This document shows positions 12,223 through 24,305 of a DNA stretch of 64,000 nucleotides, piece after piece. The notes under the pieces were generated by a model. That model ran no database searches. It saw only the letters and a list, made by a program, of their open reading frames with translations, and was not told where the DNA came from. A program made the translations under genes and the position numbers. Each line of letters starts with the position of its first letter. Position 1 is the first letter of the stretch. Source of the DNA: Salisapilia sapeloensis CBS 127946 (lineage: Eukaryota; Protista; Oomycota); the NCBI GenBank assembly GCA_023334545.1, contig JAADVB010000015.1, positions 62,001 to 126,000 on the forward strand. The letters are read 5' to 3'.

Positions 12223-12375
12223 ATGACCGTCGAAGGCAAAGCCCACAAGTGCACCCACAAGGTCGTTCACATCTTGATGAAGCCGTTCCACATCGTCAAG
12301 CGCTTGGTCCTGAAGGTCACCCACAGGCGCAAGCACGTGGAGCACCACGGCCACCATGGACACCACCATCACTAG
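12223..12375 (+). CDS. 50-aa His/Lys-rich micropeptide MTVEGKAHKCTHKVVHILMKPFHIVKRLVLKVTHRRKHVEHHGHHGHHHH
   Basis: ATG in acaaccATG context, nearly all codons end in G/C (like alpha-tubulin and thiolase in this window), upstream INR-FPR, and an A/T-rich 3' region after the stop. Confidence 0.7.
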   Translation: MTVEGKAHKCTHKVVHILMKPFHIVKRLVLKVTHRRKHVEHHGHHGHHHH

Positions 12376-12813
12376 CAACCTAGCGAGCTCATGGTGCAAT
12401 TACCGACTGCAGCTACGAGAGAAAGCAGCTAATTTAAAAGCACCACAATATAAGTTTTTATTTGCTTTGAGTGTGGTCGTTCAGTCTTTTGCGATGAATT
12501 GAATTCGTACCTCTAGTAGCTTCCTGTCTGGGCTTACTCTACCCGTCAGTTCTTTCATTTCGTTCCTACCTGCCATAGTGAAACTCACTCCAGAGCGAAG
12601 TTCATTTTTCCACCTTTTATAACAACTAATCTCCACTAACTTGCTTCCCTTTGCATGAAGATAGCTCCACAGCACCTGTAATCCGACTTGAGAACGATTC
12701 GACACCTTTAACGTGAAGTTGTATCGTCGGAAGACCTTCGTGACACATCCTTGCATCAGTAAGTCATCGCTATTTTGCACCGCCGCCAAGTCGCAACGAA
12801 GCGACATACGACC

Positions 12814-15800
12814 ATGGTGTCGCTTGGAATCGCCGACAAGGAGCTGCGAAGCGTCACGCTGCTGGAGCCTCTGCCACGATATTTGCGTCTCGATGTATTG
12901 CCGTTTGGTTGGTTATACTGCACCGGTCTCTATCTTGGAGTCACGAGGGCTCTGGCGGTGGATCGCGCGTCTAGCTACGATCAAGATGCACTGACTACCT
13001 TGTTCTTCGCACTCACTCTATTTGTTCATGCCCTGACGCTTCTTTCTGGTGAATGGAGCGTACACTGCCACGCCTGGTTGGCATACACAAGAGCATCCGA
13101 ACTCCGAACGGATGTCACGCAGTTTGTGCTTGTCGAGCCGGCAGACACAACAACGAGCTCATGTCAGCTATGTAAATGCGCTATTGAAACAAACTATTCT
13201 TCAATGGACAAGGTACGCATTCAAAGCCATTAAATTGGTCGTAATTAATCTCGAAAGATGGATTTGCGCGTTTATTAACTTCTGATGAGCTAGGCCCGTT
13301 CCTCTCCAACGACTGCAAGCGTACCGACCATGGCGTTTGTGTTTGAAAATGTTAAATTCGCTTTGTTTAATCCTGTTGAAGATGTCAACCGGAGCAAATC
13401 TGGGGCAAAGATGCGAAGCTTCCATCGCATCGACTTTCCCACAAGTCTCTCGATAGACACCTACATGGCTGCCACAGGTTACACAAGTGAGTCCAGTCTT
13501 GCTGTTGCAAAGCAAAAGTGGGGCCAGAACGACTTTTTCATCCCAGTACCTTCGTTCGTAGCTCTTCTCAAGGAGCAGCTCGTGGCGCCATTCTTCGTCT
13601 TCCAGTTCTTTTGTATGCTCCTCTGGTGTCTAGATGAGTATGTGTACTATTCTCTATTTACTCTGCTCATGCTGGTGATCTTTGAATGCACTGTCGTTCT
13701 GCAACGACAGCGTAATATGGAAACGCTGAACCACATGCGTAGACCACCCCAAGCGATCTTTGTCTTCCGTCAGGTATGCTTCAATTTCTCCAAGTTTCCA
13801 CAAAGTTACCAAATGACTTATCAAGCTGTACAGAATGATTGGACGCCCATTTCTAGTAGTGACCTCGTTCCAGGCGACATTTGCTCCATCGGGCAAGCGC
13901 TAGCGGCACCTAGCCGATCGGAAAGTATAGTTCCATGCGACGTCTTGCTTTTGCAAGGAAACTGTGTCGTGAATGAAGCCATGCTGTCTGGCGAATCGAT
14001 CCCTTTGCGTAAAGAGCCTCTCGTATCGTCTTCCGAGCGAGACAGCGACCTTCTTTCCATCGACTCGGACTCGGAGATGCGTCATCGGAAGCACGTCGTC
14101 TTTGGTGGCACATCCGTCCTCCAACAGACCACATCCGGCCATAGCTTTAGCATACGAGATCCTCCCGATGGAGGCTGCATCGCATATGTTCTCCGAACAG
14201 GATTCGGGACGAGTCAAGGCAGTTTAATGCGTACGATATTGCACGCATCCCAGCGCGTGACTGCAAATAATGCAGAAGCTATGTGTTTCATCGCGTTACT
14301 CTTGGTCTTTGCACTCTGCTCTTCCGGCTATGTACTGTCCCATGGCCTCGCAGATCCGTTGCAAGACAGATTCAAACTCGGTTTGCACTGTATCATGATC
14401 ATCACCTCCGTTGTGCCACCAGAGCTGCCGATGGAGCTGTCGCTTGCAGTCACGAACTCGCTCGTGGCCCTGACGAAGCGGGGCATCTACTGCACAGAGC
14501 CGTTCCGAGTTCCTTTCGCAGGTCGCGTGGATGTCTGTTGCTTTGACAAGACGGGAACGCTCACGAGCGACCGATTAAAAGTGTGTGGTGTGGCAGGTAT
14601 CTCTCCAGACGCTGGACCACAACAAGTCGGAACAGAGCTGCTGTCAGCAGAGGAGTTGCCTCTAGATTCAGAGCTGACGCTTGCAGCATGCCACTCTTTG
14701 GTTTTACTAAATGGAAAGACAGAGCCGTCTGGAGATCCGCTCGAACTCGCAGCATTAAAGGCTGTTCAGTGGAAACTAGTTCCTGCCTTGAAGAGCGATA
14801 CGTCTTTCACGACACGAGCCATTCCGTCCATCGCGTCTCCTCGGCGAGATAAGATCGACTCGGTACAGATCATGCACCGGTTTGCGTTTTCGTCTGAACT
14901 CAAGCGTATGAGTACAATCGTTGCAATGACAATGGCTGATAATGAGGAAGATAGGGAGTCTCGGTTGCTGCTTAAAGGTGCACCAGAGGTGGTACAGCCC
15001 TTGCTGTCTTCTGTACCAGAGGATTATACGTCTACCTATCAGCGTTTAGCAAGTCGAGGGAATCGAGTGCTGGCCCTGGCATGGAAGTCGCTGCCAAAGA
15101 AGTGGGCAGACGATCAGATCTACTGGAACCGTCTAGATCGGAAGGAACTAGAGAGTGATTTAACCTTCGCTGGCTTCCTAGTGCTCGAGTGTCCGTTGAA
15201 GAAGGACTCCAAACAGGTCGTGTCAGACTTGAAAGATTCCAGTCATCGTGTCGTCATGGTCACGGGAGACAACGCTTTGACGGCGTGTGACGTCGCTCGT
15301 CAGGTCGGGATAGCAGACACCTCCGAGCCCACTTTGACTTTAAATGTAGATGGCGAGAGTCTTACCTGGGACCTTGTACATGACCAACTGTCCCAAGACC
15401 CATCATCTATACCTTTTATGAAGGAAAAAGTTGCAGCTCTTGCAGCAGAGCACACACTATGTGTTACAGGGACTGCCTTGACGTTTCTCCAGGACAAGAT
15501 TCACGACTTTATAGACGACAAGTCGAGTGGAGTGTCCAAGCAAGATTCCTTTTTGCGTGTACTAGAGGTGCTAGGTCTTCACGCACGTGTCTTTGCACGG
15601 ACGTCGCCGCAGCAGAAGGAGCTGCTATTACTTGCTCTCAATCGAGCTGGTAAGACGACGGTCATGTGTGGAGATGGCACGAACGACGTTGGAGCGCTGA
15701 AGAGAGCCCACGTCGGTGTCTCCATCGTCAATTCCCCCAACGGTTCGTCATCTCCTCGTCCCTCACGTCTGTTGTACAAACCCAAGCAGCAGTCGAATGC

Positions 15801-16738
15801 TCAGAAGCGCCTGGAACGGATGCGACGGGAGCAGGAGGAAGAAGAGAGAGCGCAGGTCGTTCGGATGGGCGATGCGTCCATTGCATCTCCCTTCACGTCG
15901 AAAACGTCTAGTATCCATGTCGTCAAGCAACTCATTCGACAAGGCCGATGCACCCTCGTGACGACCATCCAGATGTACAAGATCCTTGGTATCAACTGCC
16001 TCGTGACGGCGTATGAACTGAGTGCACTCTACCTCTTTGGAGTGAAGAATGGAGACCAGCAGCTGACTGTCTTGGGGGTATATTTCTTATCGATCTACAC
16101 TAGTAATCTTTTCACAGGACTAACCTCATCTATGCTCGTTAGCTCGGCATCGCGGTCTTCTTTCTGTTCCTGTCGCAAGCCAAGCCAGCTAAGACGCTGT
16201 CGAAGGAAAAGCCTCCCACGGGCGTCTTTTGCTTGCCTGTCATGCTCTCGATATTCGGACAGTTTGCCATCCACTTGATGGTCTTGGTTGTAGGCATCCG
16301 TCTTGCGCAGCCGTACATTGACGCGAATGATCCGTCCATGCACCCGAACGGCACCTTTGAGCCTTCGATCGTCAATAGCGTCATGTTCCTGCTTTCGTCT
16401 GTCATGCAAGTGAATACGTTCGTGACCAACTATCGAGGAAAGCCGTTCATGGAAAGCTTTTGGCAGCACAAACAGCTTTCCAGAAGCGCTGTCTTGGCCT
16501 ACATTGTCCTCGCACTGGCCGTCATGGAGGTATCTCCGCTACTGAATGAAACGTTGGAGCTTGTGGACATCCCGTCCGAGGTATGCTTCTACTCCTGTAT
16601 CACTATTAGCCCATGTCTAATACCAAATAGGTGAAGATGTACGTTGGAATGCTCATGCTCGGAGATACGCTGGCTGTATTCTTTTTTGAACGTCTGGTGC
16701 TAATCATGACCTCCAAGCAACCTGCGAAACTACAATGA
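12814..16738 (+). CDS. ATP13A1: P5A-type ATPase (Spf1/ATP13A1 homolog); 5 exons
   Basis: Motifs VNEAMLSGESIP, ITSVVPPELP (P5A-type), FDKTGTLT, MVTGDN, MCGDGTNDVGALK. Introns 13213-13293, 13774-13833 (in frame, read through by the ORF track), 16078-16142, 16581-16630. Confidence 0.92.
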
Positions 16739-16915
16739 AGAGACTAGTCTAGTAGGAACGCAATCAACTCGAGCTGTGTGTAAAACATATTATTCGACGT
16801 TCTCTTCATCCACTACGCACACAACTTGAGCGGTCTGTCCATAGTTTACACCCGCCACCACTGCCTCCATCTTATACTGCACCTTTCGGCGCCGATTCCT
16901 TAAATACCGCATGAG

Positions 16916-18235
16916 CTACTCGAGGTCCTCGCCTTCGAACTCGTCCTCGTGTTCATACTGCATCGCCATCGCCGTCGCCACCACCGCGTCTCGCCTCAGC
17001 TGTTCATAGTAACGCATGGCAGCGTACTGGTCTCCTTCCGACGCCGCCATCTCGAGCGCCATCTTTGCGTCTTCATCCTCCTCATCCTCCTGGTTTGATG
17101 TAGAAAGCATGCTGTCACCTGCCGCCAGCAGCGTCGGGAAAATTGGGCTATGACTCGCAGGAACAAGGCTCATGCTCGGAGGAGGTAGCGACGCCAGCTT
17201 GCTTGCCGTCGCCAGTGCCGCCTGGAACATGTCGGCCGACATCTGGATCTCTTGTTCATTGAAGCGACTGACGCTACGACGCTCGAGGAACTCGTAGATG
17301 CGGGCGACGAGGTCTGTGGCGTAGGTGCCAATATCCTCCACTTCATTTGACGTCAAGTGCCACAGCTCATCGCCTTCCGAGCACTCGATGGTGCTTCGAC
17401 AGATCGGACAAGTCTTGTTCTGAGCGCTCCAGTGCTGGAAGCAGCTTAAGCAAAAGCTATGGGTGCAAGGGAGCACGACCTGCTTGCGCTTGTCCATGCA
17501 TATCTGGCACTCCGCCTCGTCGAACCCGGCGTTGGACTGCACATCTCTACATGATACAACGTCAGGACGTGATTAATCAGAAAAATATCTTCAAAAGTAG
17601 TGTCGTACGTGGGATGCTCCGGTCCTTGGAACGTGTGCAAAGAGCAAGAGCGCACGTCTACAGGAGAGAAAGTGTGTAAGTTTTCAATAGAAATAGTGCT
17701 GTGGAAGAAAAAGTACCGGATAGAAAACAGTAGATGTAGTAGAATTGGCGGACTGTGAGCACCTTGGCTTGTCCGATCGTGTTGCTGAGCTCGTACGCTT
17801 GTGTGATATCTTGCGCAGACATCCCACTGTACTCGCCAGAAAAGTTGGATTTATCCTCACTGCGACGGATCTTGCGGGCCTCGACGTACACCTATTTCAT
17901 ACTTGACATGAGTTCCTATAGACCAAAGTGGCTGTTGTGGAATGGAACGTACGTTGCCTCGCAGACGCCAGACGTAGGGCAAGAGTTCGGCCGAAACGCG
18001 GTCGTTGATGACGATTCGAAAGGCGAGGTAGCACGTCTTGGGTGTCGGACACAGCCTCGCCCTATAAGGAACATTAGACGTGATGCACATTAAAGCGGCA
18101 GACGGTCGTGGGTGAGGGAATGTACCAGTCGTTGGCGTTGTGGAGGTGGTCCTGCAGATCGGCAAAGGACCCCATGGTCTGCCGAATGCGCTTTTTCATG
18201 GTGTCCTCCTGCGGAGAAGACGCCGCTTGACCCAT
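16916..18235 (-). CDS. RNF141: RING-finger E3 ligase, RNF141-like, with N-terminal myristoylation-type MG start; about 5 exons
   Basis: Start MGQAASSP. C3HC4 RING ECQICMDKRKQVVLPCTHSFCLSCFQHWSAQNKTCPICR, followed by ELWHLT..EDIGTY. The middle segment AKVLTVRQFYYIY resembles the RNF141 N-domain. Confidence 0.75.
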
Positions 18236-18798
18236 ACTTCAGATAGTAACGTTCTGCTTGGAGAAATCTGGTTGTGGCAGAGCTTGCACTTGAGCCGATG
18301 CACGCAGATTAGAAAGTGACTCTCGCTTCAATCTGTTCTTCCGATCGAGAATACAGACGACGTTTTGACGATTTGAAAATATTAAGCGTAACGCTTTTTC
18401 ATGGGACAGGAATATGGAAAAGGGAGGTGCCGTGATTTAACGAACCTATGATGTTGCTGTACGAGTCCACAACGAGGGGATTGCATCATTTGCGCGTGTG
18501 TTTTAGCACAACGTTTAGGCTCTGTCAGATCGACAGCAGCCTTGATTCGCCATAAGCACGTGGACGTCGATAAGCGTCACGCTCGTTTCCCGCCTGCGAC
18601 GTTTCATCTTTACCGAGATCTTGGCAGATGTATACCCATACAAACTTCAGTCTTGTGCGAAGCCACCTGACAGATTAATTGAAGCGACACTCAAGATACC
18701 CTGCAGCGACATCCGACGGAAAAGAGGAGCAAAGTATCGAGCTTGGGTGCCTCGACCGATCGTGACACTTACGCACCGATCTCTCTTGATAGTTCGAC

Positions 18799-21151
18799 AT
18801 GAGTGGGCTCACCGGTCAAACAGTCTCTGTCTGTGGCAACGTCTTTCGGTATATTGCATCTTATGTAGTCTATTTGCTGCTTCATGAACTCATTCGATTC
18901 TTCTGCTCGACAGCTTTGTCGAAATGATCGGCAGAGGGTCCTACGGCACAGTACGGCTCTTTCATGTTATAGGACAGTAAGAAGGCATGGCTAACTTGCA
19001 TTTACGTTAGGTGCATAAAGCTATTAACCTATCTTCCGGAGCGGCCGTCGCGATTAAACTTATCGACAAGGACAAAGTGAGGCGGCCGCATGAACGACAG
19101 AGCATTGAAAAAGAGATCGAGACCATGCGCGTGGCCGTGGAGCAGTTCGAGAATGGCCACCCACACATCATTCGACTCTTATGCACCAAAGTTCGTACCC
19201 ATCTTTTGTCTATCAAGATTATTATCTTTCTTACATGGCCTTGTAGGAATCACATGACCACATCTACATCGTCATGGTACAATTTATCCCACTGTGCGAC
19301 AACACTTGGACAGACTTACATGATTTATCTTTCTTTGTGCAGGAATACTGCGCCGGCGGAGATATTGCGATGCTCATGAAGATGCAAAATGGACTCTCGG
19401 TCGACCAAACACGATTGTACATGTCTCAATTAGGTATGTCCACCTGACGCAGCGTTCACTACTCCTTGTACTAAACACACAACAGCATCTGGGCTAACCT
19501 TCCTCCGGTCGACAAACGTCGTCCATCGCGACCTGAAACCAGCCAACCTGCTCTTGTCCAGCAAGAACCCTTCCACGGCCAAGCTCAAGATCGCAGACTT
19601 TGGCTTTGCGAGAGAGTTGAAGCAGGAAAGTATGGCCGAAAGTGTCGTCGGGTCGCCGCTTTATATGGCCCCTGAGTTGCTTGAGTACAAGAGCTACGAC
19701 GCCAAGGCAGACTTGTGGTCCGTCGGAGTCATCTTGTACGAAATGCTAGTGAACGACCATCCTTTTCTGGTTGTGGACAAGTCCCATGCGACCAACCACC
19801 TGGCTCTCCGTCGCAACATCTATCGATACTTTGAAAAGTTCGGAAAGGTGCGATTCCCTCCGTCCCTGAATGCCCCAAAGGAATGTCAAGACTTGGTGGA
19901 AGGACTGCTGCGTGTGGATCCTAGGAAACGAATTTCCTTTGAAGAGTTTTTCAACGCCCCTTTCCTACTGCCTCCCACGCCTTCAGAGCCAGAGCAGCCA
20001 TTGCAGAGATCGAGAGAGACGCAGGCACTGGTGGCGGAAGACCCGATGGAGTGTGAGGAGTGGTTAGCAGCGAGCGACGAGGAATATGTGATTGTGGACA
20101 AAGAGTATGAGGAGATTGGACGCCAGGTGCTGGACGATCAGGACGATGCCACTGATGCGCAGGTGACGGACGTGGTCGTGGACACGACTACGCCGCCGTC
20201 GACGCCAAAAGAAGATAACAAGTGGACGGACGAGCAGCAGGTGGAAGAGCTGCTCGGCATCTGCTACAAGAGCTTTGACGTCGGCAGCGTGGCACTGTTC
20301 GTCCCGACGCCGCTCGGCCACTTTATCGCTTTCCACGAAGGCTGTCCTCACTATTATCTTTCGGAAGAGACCATCGCTGCGTTCAAGAAAGAGGACGGAT
20401 CGTATGTTGCTCTTACTCTTGTATCAAAGCACAAGGTTTAATGGTCTGGTGATAGAAATCCGCCCTACGTCCTGGGCAGCATCGTATTCATCGAAGACTG
20501 CGTCGCAGCAGCGGTACCATGCACTTGATATCATAGCACTCGACAACTGGTTGTGACTTTCTCTTCTATAGGAGAATCCGTATGCGCTAAAGGATGGGAC
20601 GACGTACCACGTCGTGATGGTAGCTCCTCTGCTGTCCTCTTCCTCCCACCATTCAGAACAAGCAGGCACTGGTGGCAGTCTAGGATTTGATGAAACTCCA
20701 GCAGAGCTGCCGTTGTCTCAATCTCTGACGGCCAAGTCGCCGACGAACGCTGAGGCTGTGCAAGTGAAGACTGCCGCGACGGCGACTGGAGGCAAGATGG
20801 AGCACCAGCGCATCTCGTTCCGCAACTTCCAGATCAGTCACTTGGCGCTCTTCTTCTTAAAGGGAGGCAAGCTGCCGTACATGGCCTTCAATGAAGGCGC
20901 TCCGAACTACTACCTGGCGAACGAAAGCATACAAGCAGCGGTGCAAGGGAGTGAGGACAAGACTGCTCCGGCATACATTCTGGGCGAAGTTATCATCATC
21001 GACACATTCCAAGCGACCGAGGTACGTCTTGCTAGCTTCTTTTAGGTTGTTATTGAAGCTGATAATACGTGCATAGGACTTTAACCCGTACCGACTGGCG
21101 TACGGTACACGCTTCTATGTGGTGACAGTGGCGAATCCAAAGAGGCGTTAG
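18799..21151 (+). CDS. ATG1: ATG1/ULK-family Ser/Thr kinase with two C-terminal ATG11/FIP200 Claw-like domains; 9 exons
   Basis: Spliced kinase: GRGSYGTV, VAIK, VMEYCAGGD, HRDLKPANLLLS, LKIADFGFAR, ESVVGSPLYMAPE, YDAKADLWSVGVILYEML. Introns 18849-18913, 18951-19010, 19191-19246, 19277-19342, 19434-19485, 20402-20455, 20514-20571, 21022-21076; all GT-AG and all preserve frame. Confidence 0.88.
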
Positions 21152-21238
21152 ACTTCTATTCTCTTTACTTTGTTTTGGCAAAAAGGGTGGCACGCAAAAG
21201 TAAATAAATCATGTCGTTTTGTACCTCTACCAGCCTCT

Positions 21239-22306
21239 TCATACCAGCGCATACGCCTTCACTTGATTCGTCGTGTCTGCTACGTACAACATATTGTCGG
21301 ACGCGGTGCTCGTCACGGCATTCGATTTGGCCTGGACGTGGAACTGCTTCAAGAGGAATTTTTCATCTGCGCTCTGGTCATTCCGGCTGGCGTTGGCATA
21401 GTCCCAGACGCACACCTTCCTATCGTTACCACATGAGATCAGCCATTCGTCCTTCTTGAACGCTGGGAAGTGCACTTGGTTCACAACGCCCGTGTGCTCC
21501 TCCAGCTTCCGCACCACGTTCTTCGTCGTAAAGTCCACGACTGCGACGGAAAAGTCGCCCAGACCGGCAGCCAGCGTCTTGCCCGCGCTGTGGAAGGCGA
21601 TGGAGTGGACTAGAGGAGGGTTGACCATCTGGTTGGCGTTAGCTGAAGTGGGCGTCGCTGTCTCGATCGAGTCCAACGCTACGGCGCCACCAGCGTTGAA
21701 GTCGATTTTAGATCGCAGACGACCTCGACTAAAGTCCCAGAATAGCAGGAAGCCGTCCAACCCGCAGGACGCAATATCCCACGAACTCTTTGGTCGGAAC
21801 AACGCTTGCATGCACAGGTTGTCATGCTGGTTGCGCAGCGTTTTCGTTAGTCGGTTCGTGTTCGTGTCATAAATGCAGATGGCGCCACTGTCGTCTGCAG
21901 CACAGAGCAAGTGGGATTGATTCTTCGTTGGGTGGAAGTGGAGGGAATTGATCTCGTCCGTGTTTGCCTGTAGCGCTTCGTTGCATGTCGAAGTCAGAAT
22001 CATCCCTTCCTGACGCAGGTCAAAGGATAAAACTTGGCTGCCTGTCGCTACATAAACAGTATCTTTCCCCACTCGATCAAATGCAATCGCATTGACTTCC
22101 GTAGGTGCTTTATCAGACGACGAATAGCCAAGCGCAGTCGTGACATTCAAGCACCGACTGGTCTTGGCCGTTCGTGTGTCCCATAGTCTGCAGGTGCCGT
22201 CGTCACTTCCAGAGGCTAGCGTGTGCGTGTGGATAGACTCATCTGCAAATAAAGCGTTCACATCCGCTCGATGGCCTTTGAATACAGAGGTCGGTGCGGC
22301 CGTCAT
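21239..22306 (-). CDS. WDR53: WD40-repeat protein, WDR53-like
   Basis: GH..DVNAL, EINSL..AADDSGAICIYD, LFRPK..IASCGLDGFLLFW, VNPPLVHSIA match the recalled WDR53 pattern. Confidence 0.75.
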   Translation of the reverse strand: MTAAPTSVFKGHRADVNALFADESIHTHTLASGSDDGTCRLWDTRTAKTSRCLNVTTALGYSSSDKAPTEVNAIAFDRVGKDTVYVATGSQVLSFDLRQEGMILTSTCNEALQANTDEINSLHFHPTKNQSHLLCAADDSGAICIYDTNTNRLTKTLRNQHDNLCMQALFRPKSSWDIASCGLDGFLLFWDFSRGRLRSKIDFNAGGAVALDSIETATPTSANANQMVNPPLVHSIAFHSAGKTLAAGLGDFSVAVVDFTTKNVVRKLEEHTGVVNQVHFPAFKKDEWLISCGNDRKVCVWDYANASRNDQSADEKFLLKQFHVQAKSNAVTSTASDNMLYVADTTNQVKAYALV

Positions 22307-22517
22307 GAATGTCCAATTGGTCTCCAGTCGATTCGCGTTCCAAGTTCGTGCCGTAGACTGTTGTGGACCACACCACTTTCAGATTGGATGACACATCTGA
22401 TAACAAGCCACCAAGGTATTCACTTTATCTTGGAAACTGTATGTAGTCATCGTATTCTTTGAACTGGTTGAACTTGAAACATACGCATAAATCGATTTGA
22501 GATCGAGCACCCAAGGC

Positions 22518-24279
22518 ATGCTACGCTTCCTTCGCCACACGCCGTTCAAACACACCCGGACGCTGAGGCAATTCTCAGCTGTTGGCGGAGTCCTCCCGCA
22601 GCCCCCGTCCTCCTCTCCGTCCTACCTCGATGGACATGTCGACGTCAAGTCATCCGACTTTCAGGCCAATCTAGCGCAAATGGACGAACTCACGACCGTC
22701 CTGCGTGATCGTATGCGCCACGTTCGTCGTGGTGGAGGCGAAAAAGCCGTCGAGCGCCACAAGGAACGAGGCAAGCTGCCTGCTCGCGACCGGATCGACT
22801 CTTTATTGGATCCAGGTTCCCCGTTCTTGGAGCTCTCGCCGCTCGCTGCGTACGACATGTACGACAAGAACGTCCCTTCTGCCGGTATCATCACTGGCAT
22901 CGGTCGCGTACAGGGCGTTGAGTGCATGGTCTTGGCGAACGATGCGACTGTGAAAGGAGGAACGTATTTTCCACTGACGGTCAAGAAGCATCTTCGAGCG
23001 CAGGAGGTCGCACTGGAGAATGAGCTCCCGTGCATCTACCTCGTAGACTCTGGAGGAGCTTTCCTGCCATTACAGAGCGAGATCTTTCCCGACAAGGAGC
23101 ACTTTGGACGCGAGTTTTACAACCAGGCGAGAATGTCGGCCAAAGGCATTCCGCAGATCGCAGTCGTCATGGGCAGGTGAGTTCATTCTAGTACTTTATA
23201 TCTATTGCATACTAAAAGTGTTTTGCAGTTGTACGGCTGGAGGTGCCTACGTGCCTGCCATGTGTGACGAAAGTGTGATTGTCAAAGGCACGGGAAGTGT
23301 CTTTCTAGGCGGACCTCCGCTCGTGAAGGCTGCGACGGGTGAAGTGGTAACAAATGAAGAGCTTGGAGGAGCTGACGTCCATTGCCGGACGTCTGGCGTC
23401 ACGGACCACTACGCCAACAACGATTTCCACGCTCTCGAGATCACGAGAAACATTTTAAAACACCTGAACCGAGTGTCTCCGACGCCTCGCACCAAGGTCG
23501 AGAACTACTCGGAGCCAAAGTACAGCCCAGAGGAGCTGGGCGGTCTCATTCCGACGGACTCTCGACAGCCCTTCGACGTGCGCAAAGTCATCGCTCGTAT
23601 CGTCGACGGCAGCGAGTTTGATGAGTTTAAAAAGCTATACGGAACTACTGTCGTCACGGGATTTGCCTCCATCTACGGCATGCAGGTGGGTATCGTCGCC
23701 AACAATGGCATCTTATTCGCCGAGAGCGCACAAAAGGTGGCGCACTTTGTCGAGCTCTGTACGCAGCGAAAGATCCCGCTCGTCTTTTTGCAGAACATCA
23801 CGGGCTTCATGGTCGGCAGCAGCGCCGAAAGTGGAGGTATCGCCAAGCATGGAGCCAAGATGGTGACTGCTGTCTCGTGTGCAGACGTGCCGAAAATCAC
23901 ATGTATCATCGGAGGGTCCTACGGCGCAGGCAACTATGGCATGTGCGGTCGAGCGTTCGGACCGAGGTTCTTGTACATGTGGCCGAACGCTCGTATCGGA
24001 GTGATGGGAGGCGAGCAGGCTGCGAATGTTCTGGCGCAAGTCCAGCGAGACAATAAAGAGAGGAAGGGCGAAGAGTGGAGCGTAGAGGAGGAGAATGAGT
24101 TTAAGCAGCCGATCCTGGACAAGTACGAGGAGGAGAGCTCTGCGTACTTTTCTACGGCAAGGCTATGGGACGACGGCATCATCGACCCGAAGGACACTAG
24201 AAAGGTATTGGGGCTGAGTCTTGCAGCCGCTGTGAAGGAGAAGGAAGATGAGACCAAGTTCGGAGTCTTCCGGATGTAA
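22518..24279 (+). CDS. MCCC2: Methylcrotonoyl-CoA carboxylase beta chain, mitochondrial; 2 exons
   Basis: Motifs [69 protein letters not shown]-like, FGVFRM*. Intron 23177-23228. Confidence 0.96.
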
Positions 24280-24305
24280 ATCAGAGACAAAAGTTGCTTT
24301 TCTCT

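Noticed and set aside
11659-12399. 246-aa minus-strand ORF overlapping the TPR gene end and the His-rich ORF
   Set aside because: Spans an A/T-rich intergenic segment with non-protein-like composition. Its open frame is explained by the GC3-biased plus-strand micropeptide and the TPR gene.
13774-13833. Segment VCFNFSKFPQSYQMTYQAVQ in the P5A ATPase ORF
   Set aside because: An in-frame 60-bp GTATGC..CAG intron, not a protein insertion.
16143-16278. Apparent frameshift or premature stop in the P5A ATPase
   Set aside because: Resolved by intron 16078-16142; the gene is intact, not a pseudogene.
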